Of a DNA stretch of 64,000 bases, positions 18,981 through 29,568 are shown piece after piece (position 1 is the stretch's first letter; every line of letters begins with the position of its first letter). The translations under genes were made by a program, and so were the position numbers. The notes under the pieces are model-generated. The model searched no databases and was not told the DNA's origin. It saw only the letters and a program-made list of their open reading frames with translations. The DNA is from an uncultured Verrucomicrobiae bacterium (GTDB taxonomy: Bacteria; Verrucomicrobiota; Verrucomicrobiia; Limisphaerales; Palsa-1400): positions 3,328,001 to 3,392,000 of the forward strand of contig OY969763.1 of assembly GCA_963702845.1 (NCBI GenBank), given 5' to 3'.

Positions 18981-19991
18981 ATGTCCATGGCCTTTTTCCC
19001 CGGCCTCGACCAGTTGACAGCGACCGGGGCCGAACAAGAACAGTTGCACGAGCAAGCTGCATCTGTTGCACGTCAAAATTTTGGAAAAAAAGTATTCGTC
19101 CGTGCCGTGGTTGAGATTTCCAATTTCTGCCGCGAAAACTGCCAGTATTGCGGCATGCGCCGCGACAATCGAAACCTTCGCCGTTTTCGATTCAAGGTGG
19201 ACGAACTGGCCGAATTAATCGTGCATCATCGGCCCGCGAGTGTCACCGACATCAATCTGCAAGCGGGCGAAGATCCGGTGGCGGTCCGCGAAGTTGCCAT
19301 TCCGCTTATAAAACTAATTCGCGAGCAAACGCCGCTCGGGGTCAGCGTGTGCCTTGGCACTTTGAACGAATCGCTTTACGCCGAGCTCCAGGATGCCGGT
19401 GCATCGATTTACATCATTAAGTTTGAAACCGGCACGCCCAATCTCTACGCGCGCTACGAATGTCCCGGCACGTTCGATGAACGTCTTGCGCATATTCGAT
19501 TTCTTCGCGACAAAGCCTGGAACGTCAGTTCGGGTTTCATTTGTGGTCTGCCCGATGAGATCGGGGAAGATTTGCTAAACGATTTCCGAATCGCCTCACA
19601 ATTACCGCTGCAAGGTTGCAGCGTCAGTCCTTACATTTCCGGTGAAGCAACCCCGCTCGCGAAAAACAAAAATGCTTCAGTCGATCTTGCCCTTAATTGC
19701 ATGGCTGCTTTGCGATTGATGCGACCTGACTGGATCATTCCGGCGGTGAGCGCGCTCAACCTGGCTGGCGGAACCTGCGGCTATCAACGCGGCCTTGCCA
19801 CCGGCGCAAACCTCGTCACCATCAACATGACCCCGACGAACGAACGGGGCGACTATCTGTTATACAAGCGCGATCGCTACATCATGACGGAAGAACGGAT
19901 CTTAAACGCCATCGAAGCGGAAGGATTGGAAATATCTACTGAAGGTTTGGCGGAGTACTATCGCAACGCCTCAGTGGGAACTTTTAAATAG
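18981..19991 (+). CDS. Radical SAM protein, HydE/PylB/BioB-like clade
   Basis: VFVRAVVEISNFCRENCQYCGMRRDN (CX3CX2C), LQAGED, GANLVTINMTP, YLLY. Confidence 0.85.
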   Translation: MSMAFFPGLDQLTATGAEQEQLHEQAASVARQNFGKKVFVRAVVEISNFCRENCQYCGMRRDNRNLRRFRFKVDELAELIVHHRPASVTDINLQAGEDPVAVREVAIPLIKLIREQTPLGVSVCLGTLNESLYAELQDAGASIYIIKFETGTPNLYARYECPGTFDERLAHIRFLRDKAWNVSSGFICGLPDEIGEDLLNDFRIASQLPLQGCSVSPYISGEATPLAKNKNASVDLALNCMAALRLMRPDWIIPAVSALNLAGGTCGYQRGLATGANLVTINMTPTNERGDYLLYKRDRYIMTEERILNAIEAEGLEISTEGLAEYYRNASVGTFK

Positions 19992-20009
19992 AGCTCGGGA
20001 GAGAAAAAA

Positions 20010-20087
20010 TGGTCGGGGCGGTGAGATTTGAACTCACGACCTCGTGGACCCGAACCACGCGCGCTAGCCAGGCTACGCTACGCCCCG
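20010..20087 (-). tRNA. tRNA-Pro(CGG)
   Basis: Reverse complement: CGGGGCGTAGCGTAGCCTGGCTAGCGCGCGTGGTT-CGG-GTCCACGAGGTCGTGAGTTCAAATCTCACCGCCCCGACCA. Confidence 0.95.
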
Positions 20088-20150
20088 CGACCAAGGCAGA
20101 GAAGGTCGCTGATGCCCGCGGTGTTTGCAATGTTTTTCTGAAGCACGCGA

Positions 20151-21131
20151 TTAGGCATTTTTCTCAATCGTCACGTCGCCACCAATAATGCGCTCGAGAT
20201 GTCCGTGCTCCGTCCGCAGCAGCATCGCTCCATCGGCATCCAACGCTTCTGCTCGCCCTCGCACCACGCGTTCACCAAGCCGAATGCTGACAGCCTGTCC
20301 AATCGTCGTGCATCGTTGCTGCCATTCATCGGCGATGTCGGCAAATTCACCGGCACAAACGCGCGCATAATCGCGGTCCAGTTCGCGCAGCATGGCCGCA
20401 GCCAGAGCCGGACGATCGACGTGAGCACCGGATTCGATTTTCAACGATGTCGCGATTTTGCGCAGGTCCGCCGGAAAATCATCAATGTTAACGTCCACGC
20501 CGATTCCCAGCACGATGTCCTTCACCCGCTCCAGTTCCGCCGTCAGTTCAGTCAGGATACCGGCCACCTTTTTCCCGCCGATGAGAATGTCATTGGGCCA
20601 TTTAATTTCCGGCACAATTTCAGTCTGCTGCTGAATGGCGCGCGCCAAGGCTGTTGCCGCAGCAACAGTCAGCTGAGTGGCAGCTTGCGGTCGCATTTCT
20701 GGACGCAGCAAAACGGAAAACCAAAGTCCTTTGCGCGGTGGTGAAACCCAAGTCCGGCCGAGACGGCCACGCCCTTTTGTCTGAGCTTCGGCGAATATAA
20801 CCACGCCTTCTTTCACCCCGTCCTGGGCGAGTCGAGCGGCGATGTCGTTGGTGGAAGTGGTTTTTTCGAAAACACGAATATCGCGGCCAATCGCGCGCGT
20901 GCCTCCCAAACGCGCCATCAAATCGTCGGCGTGAAGGACGTCAGGCGTGCTGATCAAACGATAGCCAACATGTGGGCCGGCTTCGATGTCATAGCCCAGC
21001 TTCCGTAGATCCTCGATGCGTGCCCAGATAGCTGCGCGGCTGATGCCGAGTCGTTTTGAGAGTTCCGCACCTGAAATCCCCATTGATCGGGACTCGCGTA
21101 ACGCAGCAAGAATTTGTGCGTCGGCCGTCAT
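20151..21131 (-). CDS. birA: Bifunctional biotin--acetyl-CoA-carboxylase ligase/biotin repressor
   Basis: HTH (SGAELSKRLGISRAAIW), TSTND, QTKGRGRLGRTW, IKWPND, KKVAGIL. The ATG at 21131 overlaps the nadC stop. Confidence 0.95.
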   Translation of the reverse strand: MTADAQILAALRESRSMGISGAELSKRLGISRAAIWARIEDLRKLGYDIEAGPHVGYRLISTPDVLHADDLMARLGGTRAIGRDIRVFEKTTSTNDIAARLAQDGVKEGVVIFAEAQTKGRGRLGRTWVSPPRKGLWFSVLLRPEMRPQAATQLTVAAATALARAIQQQTEIVPEIKWPNDILIGGKKVAGILTELTAELERVKDIVLGIGVDVNIDDFPADLRKIATSLKIESGAHVDRPALAAAMLRELDRDYARVCAGEFADIADEWQQRCTTIGQAVSIRLGERVVRGRAEALDADGAMLLRTEHGHLERIIGGDVTIEKNA

Positions 21132-21979
21132 AGAAAATCCAACGCGATATCGACGGCGCGCGCCGAATGCGTGATCGCGCCAATCGAAATAAAATCGACG
21201 CCCGCTTCGGCCACGGCACGCACATTGGCCAAAGTAATGCCTCCACTTGCCTCGGTCTTTGCTCGACCGGCAATCCACCCAACGGCCGTCCGCAATTGTT
21301 GAGGGTCCATATTGTCCAAAAGAACGGTATCCGCTCCCGCGAACAGCGCCTGCTCCACCTGTTCAGGAGTATCCGCTTCAACTTCCACTGGCAAATTCGG
21401 AAACCTCTCGCGAGCCCGGCGCACCGCTGCTTCGATCGCATTCGGCGGTTCGTTGCGCAGCATGGCGAGATGGTTGTCTTTGATTAAAATGGCATCGAAC
21501 AATCCAATCCGATGATTCGTTCCACCACCGCATGCAACGGCGTATTTCTCAAATCGTCGCCAGCCGGGCGTTGTTTTGCGCGTATCAAGAATCTTCGCAT
21601 TCGTGCCTTTAATGGCGTCGACAAATTTCGCCGTCATCGTCGCCACACCGGAAAGCCGTTGCACGAAGTTCAACGCTACACGCTCCGCCGTCAGCACCGC
21701 GCGCGTCGGGCCAGTGATGTTCAAAATAGTTGCGCCCGCATCGACGCGTTTTTTGTCAGTCGCGACTCGCTCGATTTTCACATCGGACGCAAGCTCAGAA
21801 AACGCACATTCGGCGAACTCAATCCCGCAAACAACCAGCGGTTCGCGCGCGACCATCAGCGCGTTGGCGACCGCGTGCTGGGGCACCGTCGCAAGGGTCG
21901 TCACATCCCCTGCTCCGACGTCCTCGGCCAGCGCGGCTCGAACTGCTCGTTGGATTTCTTCTCTTGAGATCGGCTCCAT
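21128..21979 (-). CDS. nadC: Quinolinate phosphoribosyltransferase
   Basis: ALAEDVGAGDVTT, ERVALNF, DTRKTTPG, NHRIGLFDAILIKDNH, LLDNM, EASGGI. Confidence 0.96.
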   Translation of the reverse strand: MEPISREEIQRAVRAALAEDVGAGDVTTLATVPQHAVANALMVAREPLVVCGIEFAECAFSELASDVKIERVATDKKRVDAGATILNITGPTRAVLTAERVALNFVQRLSGVATMTAKFVDAIKGTNAKILDTRKTTPGWRRFEKYAVACGGGTNHRIGLFDAILIKDNHLAMLRNEPPNAIEAAVRRARERFPNLPVEVEADTPEQVEQALFAGADTVLLDNMDPQQLRTAVGWIAGRAKTEASGGITLANVRAVAEAGVDFISIGAITHSARAVDIALDFL

Positions 21980-22276
21980 GCGTAAACCCATTTTCCACAA
22001 AACGTCGCGATTGCAAGCATTACAAATCAGCAACCGAATACTTTGCGCACGTATTCGCAGCTGCGTTTGTGATTTTTCACGACATCACCGGTGATTTTCG
22101 CTCCCTTTTCGATAGCAAATTCCACAGTGTAGGGTGGCGACAAATGATGTGTGCGAGCGTATGAGGCAATCGCCACGTAATCGAGCCAACTAACAATTTG
22201 AAGTAATTGTTCAATATTCTTTATCGTATAATAAATATTATTGACTTACTATGTTCATTTGGTAAGTTTTCGTTGT

Positions 22277-22564
22277 ATGAAACGATTACCGACTTCGTGT
22301 CCGAGTTGCGGTGGTTGCCTGGCGGTTAAACGGCTGCACTGCGAAAGTTGTGAGACCGAAGTCGAAGGTCTCTACGCCCTGCCCCTCCTTGCTGGACTGC
22401 CACAGGAAGATCAGGATTTCATCGTCGAATTTATCAAGAGCAGCGGCAGCCTTAAAGATATGGCCAGCCTGCTCGGCGTAAGCTATCCGACCGTCCGCAA
22501 TCGCCTGGACGAAATCATTTCAAAACTCAAACGGTACGAACCCAAAACAGAGGACAAGAAATGA
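22277..22564 (+). CDS. DUF2089 family zinc-ribbon/HTH protein
   Basis: CPSCG..LAVKRLHCESCET...FIKSSGSLKDMASLLGVSYPTVRNRLDEII. Confidence 0.85.
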   Translation: MKRLPTSCPSCGGCLAVKRLHCESCETEVEGLYALPLLAGLPQEDQDFIVEFIKSSGSLKDMASLLGVSYPTVRNRLDEIISKLKRYEPKTEDKK

Positions 22565-23553
22565 ATGCTCAACAGCCACAGAACAAAACCCTCACCTTTC
22601 TTTTCAATCCATTTTTCTACGTCGCTGGTGTTCAGGCATTAATTCTCGGTCTGATCGCCATTCTGTTAACAGGACTCATCTCATCGTTCGGCAACACGCA
22701 CTTCGACGGCGTGCTCGACACCCACGTCGGCGCAGCAGCACCGCTCTGGGTTTTCTTCGCAGAAGGACTGATCGACTGGATCTGCCTAGCGATAGTGTTG
22801 TGGATCTGCGGCAAAATTATTTCAAAAACGATGTTTCGCACCATCGACATTTTCGGCACGCAGGCATTAGCGCGTTGGCCAATGATCTTCATCAGCATGC
22901 TTGTGCTGCCCGAAGCATATCGTCGCTCTGGCGCCGAATTCGTCGCGCAACTTCAGCGCGGTGATTATCACCTGAACGTGCCGCATGTTGCCGTGTTCCT
23001 CGCCTTAACTCTTGCGACGCTCCCCTTCCTCGCCTGGGCGGTGCGGCTGATGTATAAATCATTCAGCGTTTCGTGCAACGTCTCAGGCGGCAAAGCGATC
23101 GGCGTATTTATTGTTGGCCTGATCGTAGCGGAGATAATCGCCAAAGCGTGCATCGTTCCGATGGCTCTGCACTCCATAGCGAAAGAAACCAAGGGGAACG
23201 CATCGACCACCGCAGTTGCGACTGCGGATAATTTCACCAAAGCAGGTTCAGAGTTTGTCACCCTGATGGTAAACGATCGGTTCGCCGATGCAGTGTCGAA
23301 ATTCGACGATACCATGAGGAAATCCATGCCCGAAGCCGGTCTAAAAAAAGCGTGGGAAGAGCTGATTACGAAAGTTGGCCCGTTTCAAAAACAACTCGGC
23401 GTCAAGGCACAGGACGACAATGGCTACAAATTGGTGTTGGTCACGTGCCAGTTCGAACGTGAACCGATGGGCATCCGCGTCGTCTACGACACTAAACAGC
23501 ACGTGTCCGGACTATGGTTTGTAGAACCGGATCCCGCAGTGATTTCGAAATAG
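22561..23553 (+). CDS. Polytopic membrane protein (Yip1-like) with C-terminal DUF3887-like domain
   Basis: About five hydrophobic helices, then FDDTMRKSMP..LKKAW...GPF...VTCQFE...VSGLWF. Confidence 0.65.
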   Translation: MNAQQPQNKTLTFLFNPFFYVAGVQALILGLIAILLTGLISSFGNTHFDGVLDTHVGAAAPLWVFFAEGLIDWICLAIVLWICGKIISKTMFRTIDIFGTQALARWPMIFISMLVLPEAYRRSGAEFVAQLQRGDYHLNVPHVAVFLALTLATLPFLAWAVRLMYKSFSVSCNVSGGKAIGVFIVGLIVAEIIAKACIVPMALHSIAKETKGNASTTAVATADNFTKAGSEFVTLMVNDRFADAVSKFDDTMRKSMPEAGLKKAWEELITKVGPFQKQLGVKAQDDNGYKLVLVTCQFEREPMGIRVVYDTKQHVSGLWFVEPDPAVISK

Positions 23554-23567
23554 CAGCAGCGCAGGAC

Positions 23568-25595
23568 TCAGCTCAACCCCGGCTTTGCATCCAACGGCAA
23601 CGAAACACGCACCATTCCCGCTTGTCCCATCTGCGCAGGTGGAATCTCAAGCGTCCCGCGATGCGTCTGGATAATCTTGGTGCTGACCGCGAGGCCAAGG
23701 CCGAGACCGACGGTGCGCGTCGTGAAAAAAGGCTCCGTGGCCTTTCTCGCCGATTCGGTCGTAAAACCTGTGCCGTTATCTTGAACCTCAATTTTTGCCC
23801 AGCGGGAGCCGGAAGCGTCGATCTCAGTTCTCGCCCGCACTTGCACCTGGCAAGGCTGCGAATTGGTTTGCAACGCGTTCAGAATGATTTCCGCAAACGC
23901 ATGTTGCAGGCCTTTCGCGTCACCCGGCAACGTCACTTCACCAGTGCCTTCAAACTGCAACAAAACGCTCGATGCCGGATGATAAATGCGCGCTTCACGG
24001 AAAGCGTTCTCAATCATTTCTTTTACGTGAACCGGCTGTGAACGCTCGACGCTATCCTGTGCCAGGAAACGCATCTGATTCACCAAACGCGTCACGCGTT
24101 TCACCGCATCTTCCATCGTCGATGACAATGATTTCTGGAACTCCGGATCACTTGCCTGTTCTTGCAAAAGCTGTTGATGCGTCGAAAGCGGCACCACGGC
24201 GTTTCCAATCTCATGCGCGAGGCGCTCCGCCATTTGTTTCACAAGACGCAGGTTTGCCGTTTCCACTTCCAACTGCTGCACTCGCTCAATCTGGGTGAAA
24301 TCATCCGCAACAAACAAAGCAACGTCAGCGTTGCCAGACTCGCCTTTGCGAATCGGGGTGATGTTGATGTGCAAAATCCGGCGCGTCGGCGAGGTCATCT
24401 CATGGCGGAAATTTTCAACACGCACACCGCTGTTCAACACCTCAAAAATTTTACTGCCAACATTTTGCGGAAGGTCGGCAAACTTGATCAGTTTCCCGAA
24501 CATCGTCGCCGCCATTTCGTTGGAGTGCAGCACCCGCAGTTCGCGGTCAACGACGATGCAGGCACTGTTCAGGTGTTTGAGCACCGACGTCATCAGCCGA
24601 TTATTCGTGCCGAGGTCCTCGTGCAATTGCACGTTGCGAATGGCCATGCCGATTTGCTCAAGCAAATGGAACAACAACGCCAATCATCGCTGCTGTAAGC
24701 TTCGCCAGTCACTCGGCCGTCAAAAACAGCCACGCCGATCAGCGATTCGCGATCCAGTATCGGCACCGCAATCTGACCGCTCAACAGTTCAAACTCCCGC
24801 TGGATTTGCGGATCGTTTTGAGCATCCGCGCCATCGCGGCGCAAGATGCGGCCGTAGCGCTGAAGAAATCCACCGATACCCGACTTCAACGACAACTCAA
24901 ACTGATCCAAAAACCCATGAGCGAGCCCAACCGCACAAGCCGAACGCAACGTTCGCGTTTCAGGGTTGCGCAAAAAGATAGCCGCACGATTAACGCGAGT
25001 GATGACACGAACCCGCAGCAGGAATTCCTTCAACAACGCATCCTGGCTCAGGCTGTGCGAGAGAATTACAGAATGTTCGCGGAACAGCTCCAGCAGCTTT
25101 GGGCTGGCATGATTACTCTCCCCTGCAGGTAACGTTTGCGGCGCGATATAAGGCGTCACACCGGCAGCCGGAAGTCTTCCAGCGGGCTGAGCGCGACTAT
25201 AGTCAGTGGATTGCGCTGACCCCTGATTAGGCGTCGTGCTCGTCAACCACAACCGATCAAGCAAGGCGGTCAGCAATTTTGTGCGCACCGGTTTGTTGAG
25301 CACGTGAGTTGCTCCAAGCAAATACGCTTCTTCCTGGTACATCCCATTGCGCCTGGTTGGTGTAAATAATCAGCGGACAGTTCGCAAAAGTTCGGCGAAT
25401 TTTTTCCACGACCCGAATCGGCTGCACGTTCGTCAATTCGGCATCGAGCATGCACAAGTCGACGCCGGCCGGGTTCACGGAATCTTCATCCTGCAAATCG
25501 GTTTCGTGCAGAACTCTGTATTGCTCGCGGTCCAGCAAAGTGCTGAGCGCGGCGGCGAGCGCGGGCGTTTGGGCGATGACGAGAATGGTTTTCAT
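23568..25595 (-). CDS. Hybrid REC-GAF-PAS histidine kinase (frameshifts near 25340 and 24685)
   Basis: Three consecutive ORFs give a REC-like domain, a GAF domain (IAVPILDRESLIGV), PAS, LAHEIGN, EIILNALQ, DNGTGF and FFTTRTVGLGLGL. Confidence 0.8.
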
Positions 25596-27874
25596 GCGGC
25601 AGCAATTCGGGCAGGCGCGGGTGCTGCGGGCAGGTCCCTCGCCCCGCCGGGTGGCGGAACTGAATCTGTGGAGCCGTTTGCGGGATGTTCAAACAGCAGG
25701 GTCTGCCGCGCAGATTGCGGCTGGGGTTGGGTCGTTGTTTCTGAAACTAAAAGTTTGCTGGGCAGGTCCAGGCGCATCGTCGTGCCCTTATTCACCTTAC
25801 TGACCACACTCAAATCGCCGCCATGCAGAGTGGCGATCTTGCGACAAATGGCGAGGCCGAGGCCGAAGCCGCGCGCGCTGTCGCCTGTGGTTTTCGTTGT
25901 AAAGTAAGGTGCGAAAATGCGATGCAAATCTTCAGGGCTGATCCCTTCACCGTGGTCGATGACCTCGACACGATACCAATCCCGGCTCATTTCCGTCTTC
26001 GGCAACGCCGCCAAGGCGATTTCGATGCTCGACCGGTCCTGCGACGCATCCACTGCATTGGAAAGCAAATTGCAAATCAAACGTTTGATCAACGTCTGGT
26101 CCATTTCGATCGCCGGTTGCAGGTCGCTCGTAAAATTTATTGAAATGTTCTTTAGATCAGCGCGCGTTTGCACCAACTCGGCGGCTTCTTTGATCGTTTC
26201 GTGCAACGGCGTCAATTTCGCGTTCAGCTTGTTCGTGCGCGAGAAGAATAATGCTTCATTGATGTAAGTGCGCACGGTTCCCAGATTACGCAAAGCCACG
26301 GGCGCGAGTTCGCCATACGGGCCGGCGGCTTGTTCCTGCTCTTGAAACAATTGCAGGAATGTGTGCACCGGCGTCAGCAAATTATTCAGATCATGCGCCA
26401 GTCCACGCGACATCCGTCCCAACAACTCCTGTTCCTGCGACTTCTGCACCTGGTCGCGCAACCGGACCTGGTTTAGCAGCAGACCAAGATCCGTCGAAAA
26501 CTCGCTCAGCAGCCGCAGGTCATACGGCGTGAACACTTCGTGGTTCGACTTGGGCCCGAGCAACATCAATCCCACCAACCCGTCCGACGAAAAGAATGGA
26601 AAACAAAATTCCGGCTCAAACGGTTCCAACAAAACCCGCGCGGCGCGCTCGACTTCCGTGCCCTCGTTTCGTGTATAGGTTGCGTTGCAAGAAAGATACG
26701 GAGCGCGCGTCTCAAGAAAATAGCGCGCCACCGCTGAGTCCATCTTCAGCTCTGGCAATGCCACATGCGGACGCGATGGAAACGAGTGATACAACATGAA
26801 CCCGCGCGACGTCTCATCAAGCAAGATCAACTCGTAGCTGTTCACCCGCATCGTTTTCGAGAGCAATTCGTTCATTTCCTCCAACAAAATTTCGGGGTCA
26901 GGATACGAACGCATCATGTCGATCAAACCCTGCACCCGCGCGTGATATTCAAAACGATCACCCAAAATTTTACGTTCCAACGCGTCGGTTCCCTTGCCAA
27001 AGAACTGCGGGAAAAAGAGCGAAGCCGTAAGGGCGCTTGCGAAGACAACGCCCAGCGCCGCAAAGAAGGAAAAAGCGGTGAACGAATCCTTGTACATTTC
27101 TTTAATCACCAGAAGCATCATCAAACCCACGATGAACATGAAGCTCATGCGGACGATTTGTGCCGCGAATCGACTGAGCGTGACGTGAATGTCGAGCAGT
27201 TGGTGCTGTAGCACGCTGTAGGCAACCACCGTTAAATAGAACATCGCTGCCAAATGTCCGAGCGGGTAGAATGGCCAGTTCGTTAACGGATACTTGTCGA
27301 TGTGCAACAACGGCATCAAGTCGTTCGTTCCACATAACCAGAGCATGAAAATTGCGATCAACATCGCGCGCAGCCGCGTCCGCAAAAGCGGTGCGGCAGT
27401 CTTTTGCTTGATGTAGAGCACCGAAACCAGTGCGACCGTTTCAATGACGTAAAAAATCGAAAACACGTGAAACATCGGTCCGGGAACCGCGTAATAGCCG
27501 AAGTGCAACATGCGCACGCCGACTACGAATTTGTCGAAGAATAAACTGACGGCGATGATCGAATGAGCCGCATAAATCCAGGGAGCCCACCGGCGCACAT
27601 CAACTCCCGCGACCAGCATGCACAAATGAGAAATGCTCAACGGCATGAAGATGACGCCCAATTGCAACACTTTCGCCCAAACGAACGCCTCAGCCGGCGG
27701 CAGCGGCACGGTGCGGTTCAGAAAAATCGATCCAATATTCCAAAGCGCAATGCACGTCCCCCACAGCAAGTACACTTGCTTCAGCCGCGACCGAACGTCG
27801 CGTCCGACAACCAACAGCGTCAACACGACATTGAAAATCGTGACGCTTAAAGCTGTGATTTGCAGGAAATTCAT
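25592..27874 (-). CDS. N-terminal 7TM + GAF sensor histidine kinase (PrsK-like architecture)
   Basis: Multi-TM N-terminus, GAF (CFPFFSSDGLVGLMLLGPKSN..FTPYDLRLL), GLAHDLNNLL, NLLSNAVDA, FTTK..GFGLGL. Confidence 0.9.
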   Translation of the reverse strand: MNFLQITALSVTIFNVVLTLLVVGRDVRSRLKQVYLLWGTCIALWNIGSIFLNRTVPLPPAEAFVWAKVLQLGVIFMPLSISHLCMLVAGVDVRRWAPWIYAAHSIIAVSLFFDKFVVGVRMLHFGYYAVPGPMFHVFSIFYVIETVALVSVLYIKQKTAAPLLRTRLRAMLIAIFMLWLCGTNDLMPLLHIDKYPLTNWPFYPLGHLAAMFYLTVVAYSVLQHQLLDIHVTLSRFAAQIVRMSFMFIVGLMMLLVIKEMYKDSFTAFSFFAALGVVFASALTASLFFPQFFGKGTDALERKILGDRFEYHARVQGLIDMMRSYPDPEILLEEMNELLSKTMRVNSYELILLDETSRGFMLYHSFPSRPHVALPELKMDSAVARYFLETRAPYLSCNATYTRNEGTEVERAARVLLEPFEPEFCFPFFSSDGLVGLMLLGPKSNHEVFTPYDLRLLSEFSTDLGLLLNQVRLRDQVQKSQEQELLGRMSRGLAHDLNNLLTPVHTFLQLFQEQEQAAGPYGELAPVALRNLGTVRTYINEALFFSRTNKLNAKLTPLHETIKEAAELVQTRADLKNISINFTSDLQPAIEMDQTLIKRLICNLLSNAVDASQDRSSIEIALAALPKTEMSRDWYRVEVIDHGEGISPEDLHRIFAPYFTTKTTGDSARGFGLGLAICRKIATLHGGDLSVVSKVNKGTTMRLDLPSKLLVSETTTQPQPQSARQTLLFEHPANGSTDSVPPPGGARDLPAAPAPARIAAA

Positions 27875-29139
27875 TCGCCGTGACCGCTATATTGTTTGAG
27901 AACCAGGCACGCGTAACGACCACCAAAACCCGCATTGAGATTCACCGCCACACGCACCGGATACGGGCGCGATTTCCCACTGACATAATCCAAATCGCAA
28001 GCCGGATCTGGATCGCGCAAATTAATTGTCGGCGGAATTTCCTGATGAAAAATCGACATGGCGCAAATCGTGGTCTCGATCGCTCCCGATGCGCCCATCA
28101 AATGGCCGGTGATTGGTTTCGTGGCGCTGACCGCAAGACGCTTCGAATGGCCGTTGAAAACCTTGCGGATAGCGCGCGTCTCAATCGGATCGTTCAATGG
28201 AGTCGCCGAGCCGTGCGCGTTGATGTAATCAACCTCATCCGGATTCACTCGCGCCTGGCGCAATGCTTTCTCAATCGAACGAGCATAACCAATCCCTTCC
28301 GGATGCGGATCCGTCGCGTGATACGCTTCGCAACTGCGTCCGTGTCCAACAACCTCCGCATAAATCCGCGCGCCGCGGCTCAACGCATGGGTCAACTCTT
28401 CTAAAACGAAAAATGCCGCGCCTTCCCCCAAAACAAATCCATCGCGCGACTTGTCGAACGGCTTCATTGCCGTGTGTGGGTCATCATTGCGTTCCGTCAT
28501 CGCCCGAATTCGGCAAAAGCCCGCGTGCAACATCTCCATCGACTCCTCCGCGCCCCCCGCAACAATCACATCCACTTCATCCGACCGAATCATGTGCGTC
28601 GCGTAACCAATCGCATCGTTACCCGAGGCGCAACCGGAACAATATGTCATCGCATGGCCGCGGATCCCTAAATGCAAACCAATCGTGCTGCTGCCCTCAC
28701 CGCAATAACCAGCGACGACATTGTAAGGATGTAATGATCGATAATTCTGATCGTGGCTGTTAAATGAATCCCGTGCCTTGATGATGCTGCCGGCGCCGCT
28801 GATCGTCGTGCCTTCCACCACACCGAGCCGATCCGGATCAAGTTCCGTAAGAGCAATCTTCGCATCCTCCGTCGCCAACGTTGCGGCGGCGACACCATAT
28901 TGAACCGTGCGATCAAATCGCCCGGCCTTGTTCGTTTTCAGATAATGTGTGACATCGAAATCCTTAACTTCCGCGGCAATCTTCACCGGCATATCACTCG
29001 CATCAAACCGGGTCACCGGCGCAGCGGCGCTATTGCCTTCGCGGACGTTCGTCCAAAATTCCTTGAGGTCCTTCCCGCATGGGGAAATTACTCCCATACC
29101 AGTGATGACAACTCGACGCGACGGTAGGTCTTTGGTCAT
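27871..29139 (-). CDS. Beta-ketoacyl-ACP synthase II family (FabF-like paralog)
   Basis: RRVVITGMG, catalytic Cys (SGCASG), INAHG, TGHLMGASG. Stop overlaps the start of the kinase. Confidence 0.92.
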   Translation of the reverse strand: MTKDLPSRRVVITGMGVISPCGKDLKEFWTNVREGNSAAAPVTRFDASDMPVKIAAEVKDFDVTHYLKTNKAGRFDRTVQYGVAAATLATEDAKIALTELDPDRLGVVEGTTISGAGSIIKARDSFNSHDQNYRSLHPYNVVAGYCGEGSSTIGLHLGIRGHAMTYCSGCASGNDAIGYATHMIRSDEVDVIVAGGAEESMEMLHAGFCRIRAMTERNDDPHTAMKPFDKSRDGFVLGEGAAFFVLEELTHALSRGARIYAEVVGHGRSCEAYHATDPHPEGIGYARSIEKALRQARVNPDEVDYINAHGSATPLNDPIETRAIRKVFNGHSKRLAVSATKPITGHLMGASGAIETTICAMSIFHQEIPPTINLRDPDPACDLDYVSGKSRPYPVRVAVNLNAGFGGRYACLVLKQYSGHGE

Positions 29140-29369
29140 TTGGATTTGGGTATTCTGTATTTAAAAATGGCTGTAGTTAGTTGTAATCGCCGATCAGTCT
29201 CTCCAACCTTCTCGACTAGCGTGTTCTCCTCGAATCTCAATTGCATTTCCAATGCCGATAGCAATGCCAAAGCCATCGCGCAACACGCGAACATGGCTGA
29301 CACAGACACTATCGGTAAAAGCCCTAAACTCATCGCCGGGTTTTTACTGTATAAAAACAAGAAAATCAA
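29136..29369 (-). CDS. Possible small membrane protein
   Basis: Hydrophobic 77-aa ORF whose stop overlaps the FabF-like start. The start is uncertain. Confidence 0.25.
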   Translation of the reverse strand: MIFLFLYSKNPAMSLGLLPIVSVSAMFACCAMALALLSALEMQLRFEENTLVEKVGETDRRLQLTTAIFKYRIPKSK

Positions 29370-29568
29370 ATGTAATGACCAACTATTTCCATGCCAATTC
29401 CTCTCTTTTTACCTATGAAAACACAATCGCCAACCGCGTAAGGAAGTCAGTTACAAAGTAGCGCCCTGTATAAAATACAGTGACCCCTGCTCATTCCCGG
29501 CAAGGGTCACCATATTTAAAGGAATTCGCAGCCTTGACCTACATCAACATTCAGTCGAGCCCGCTGGC

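Noticed and set aside
20151..21278. 375-aa N-terminally extended BirA
   Set aside because: The extension overlaps nadC. The ATG at 21131 gives a normal BirA.
23568..25595. Programmed frameshifting in the hybrid kinase
   Set aside because: No slippery site evident, and similar indels occur throughout the window, so consensus error is more likely.
29466..29480. E. coli-type LexA box
   Set aside because: Spacing is CTGT-N7-ACAG rather than N8, and the adjacent genes are not SOS genes.
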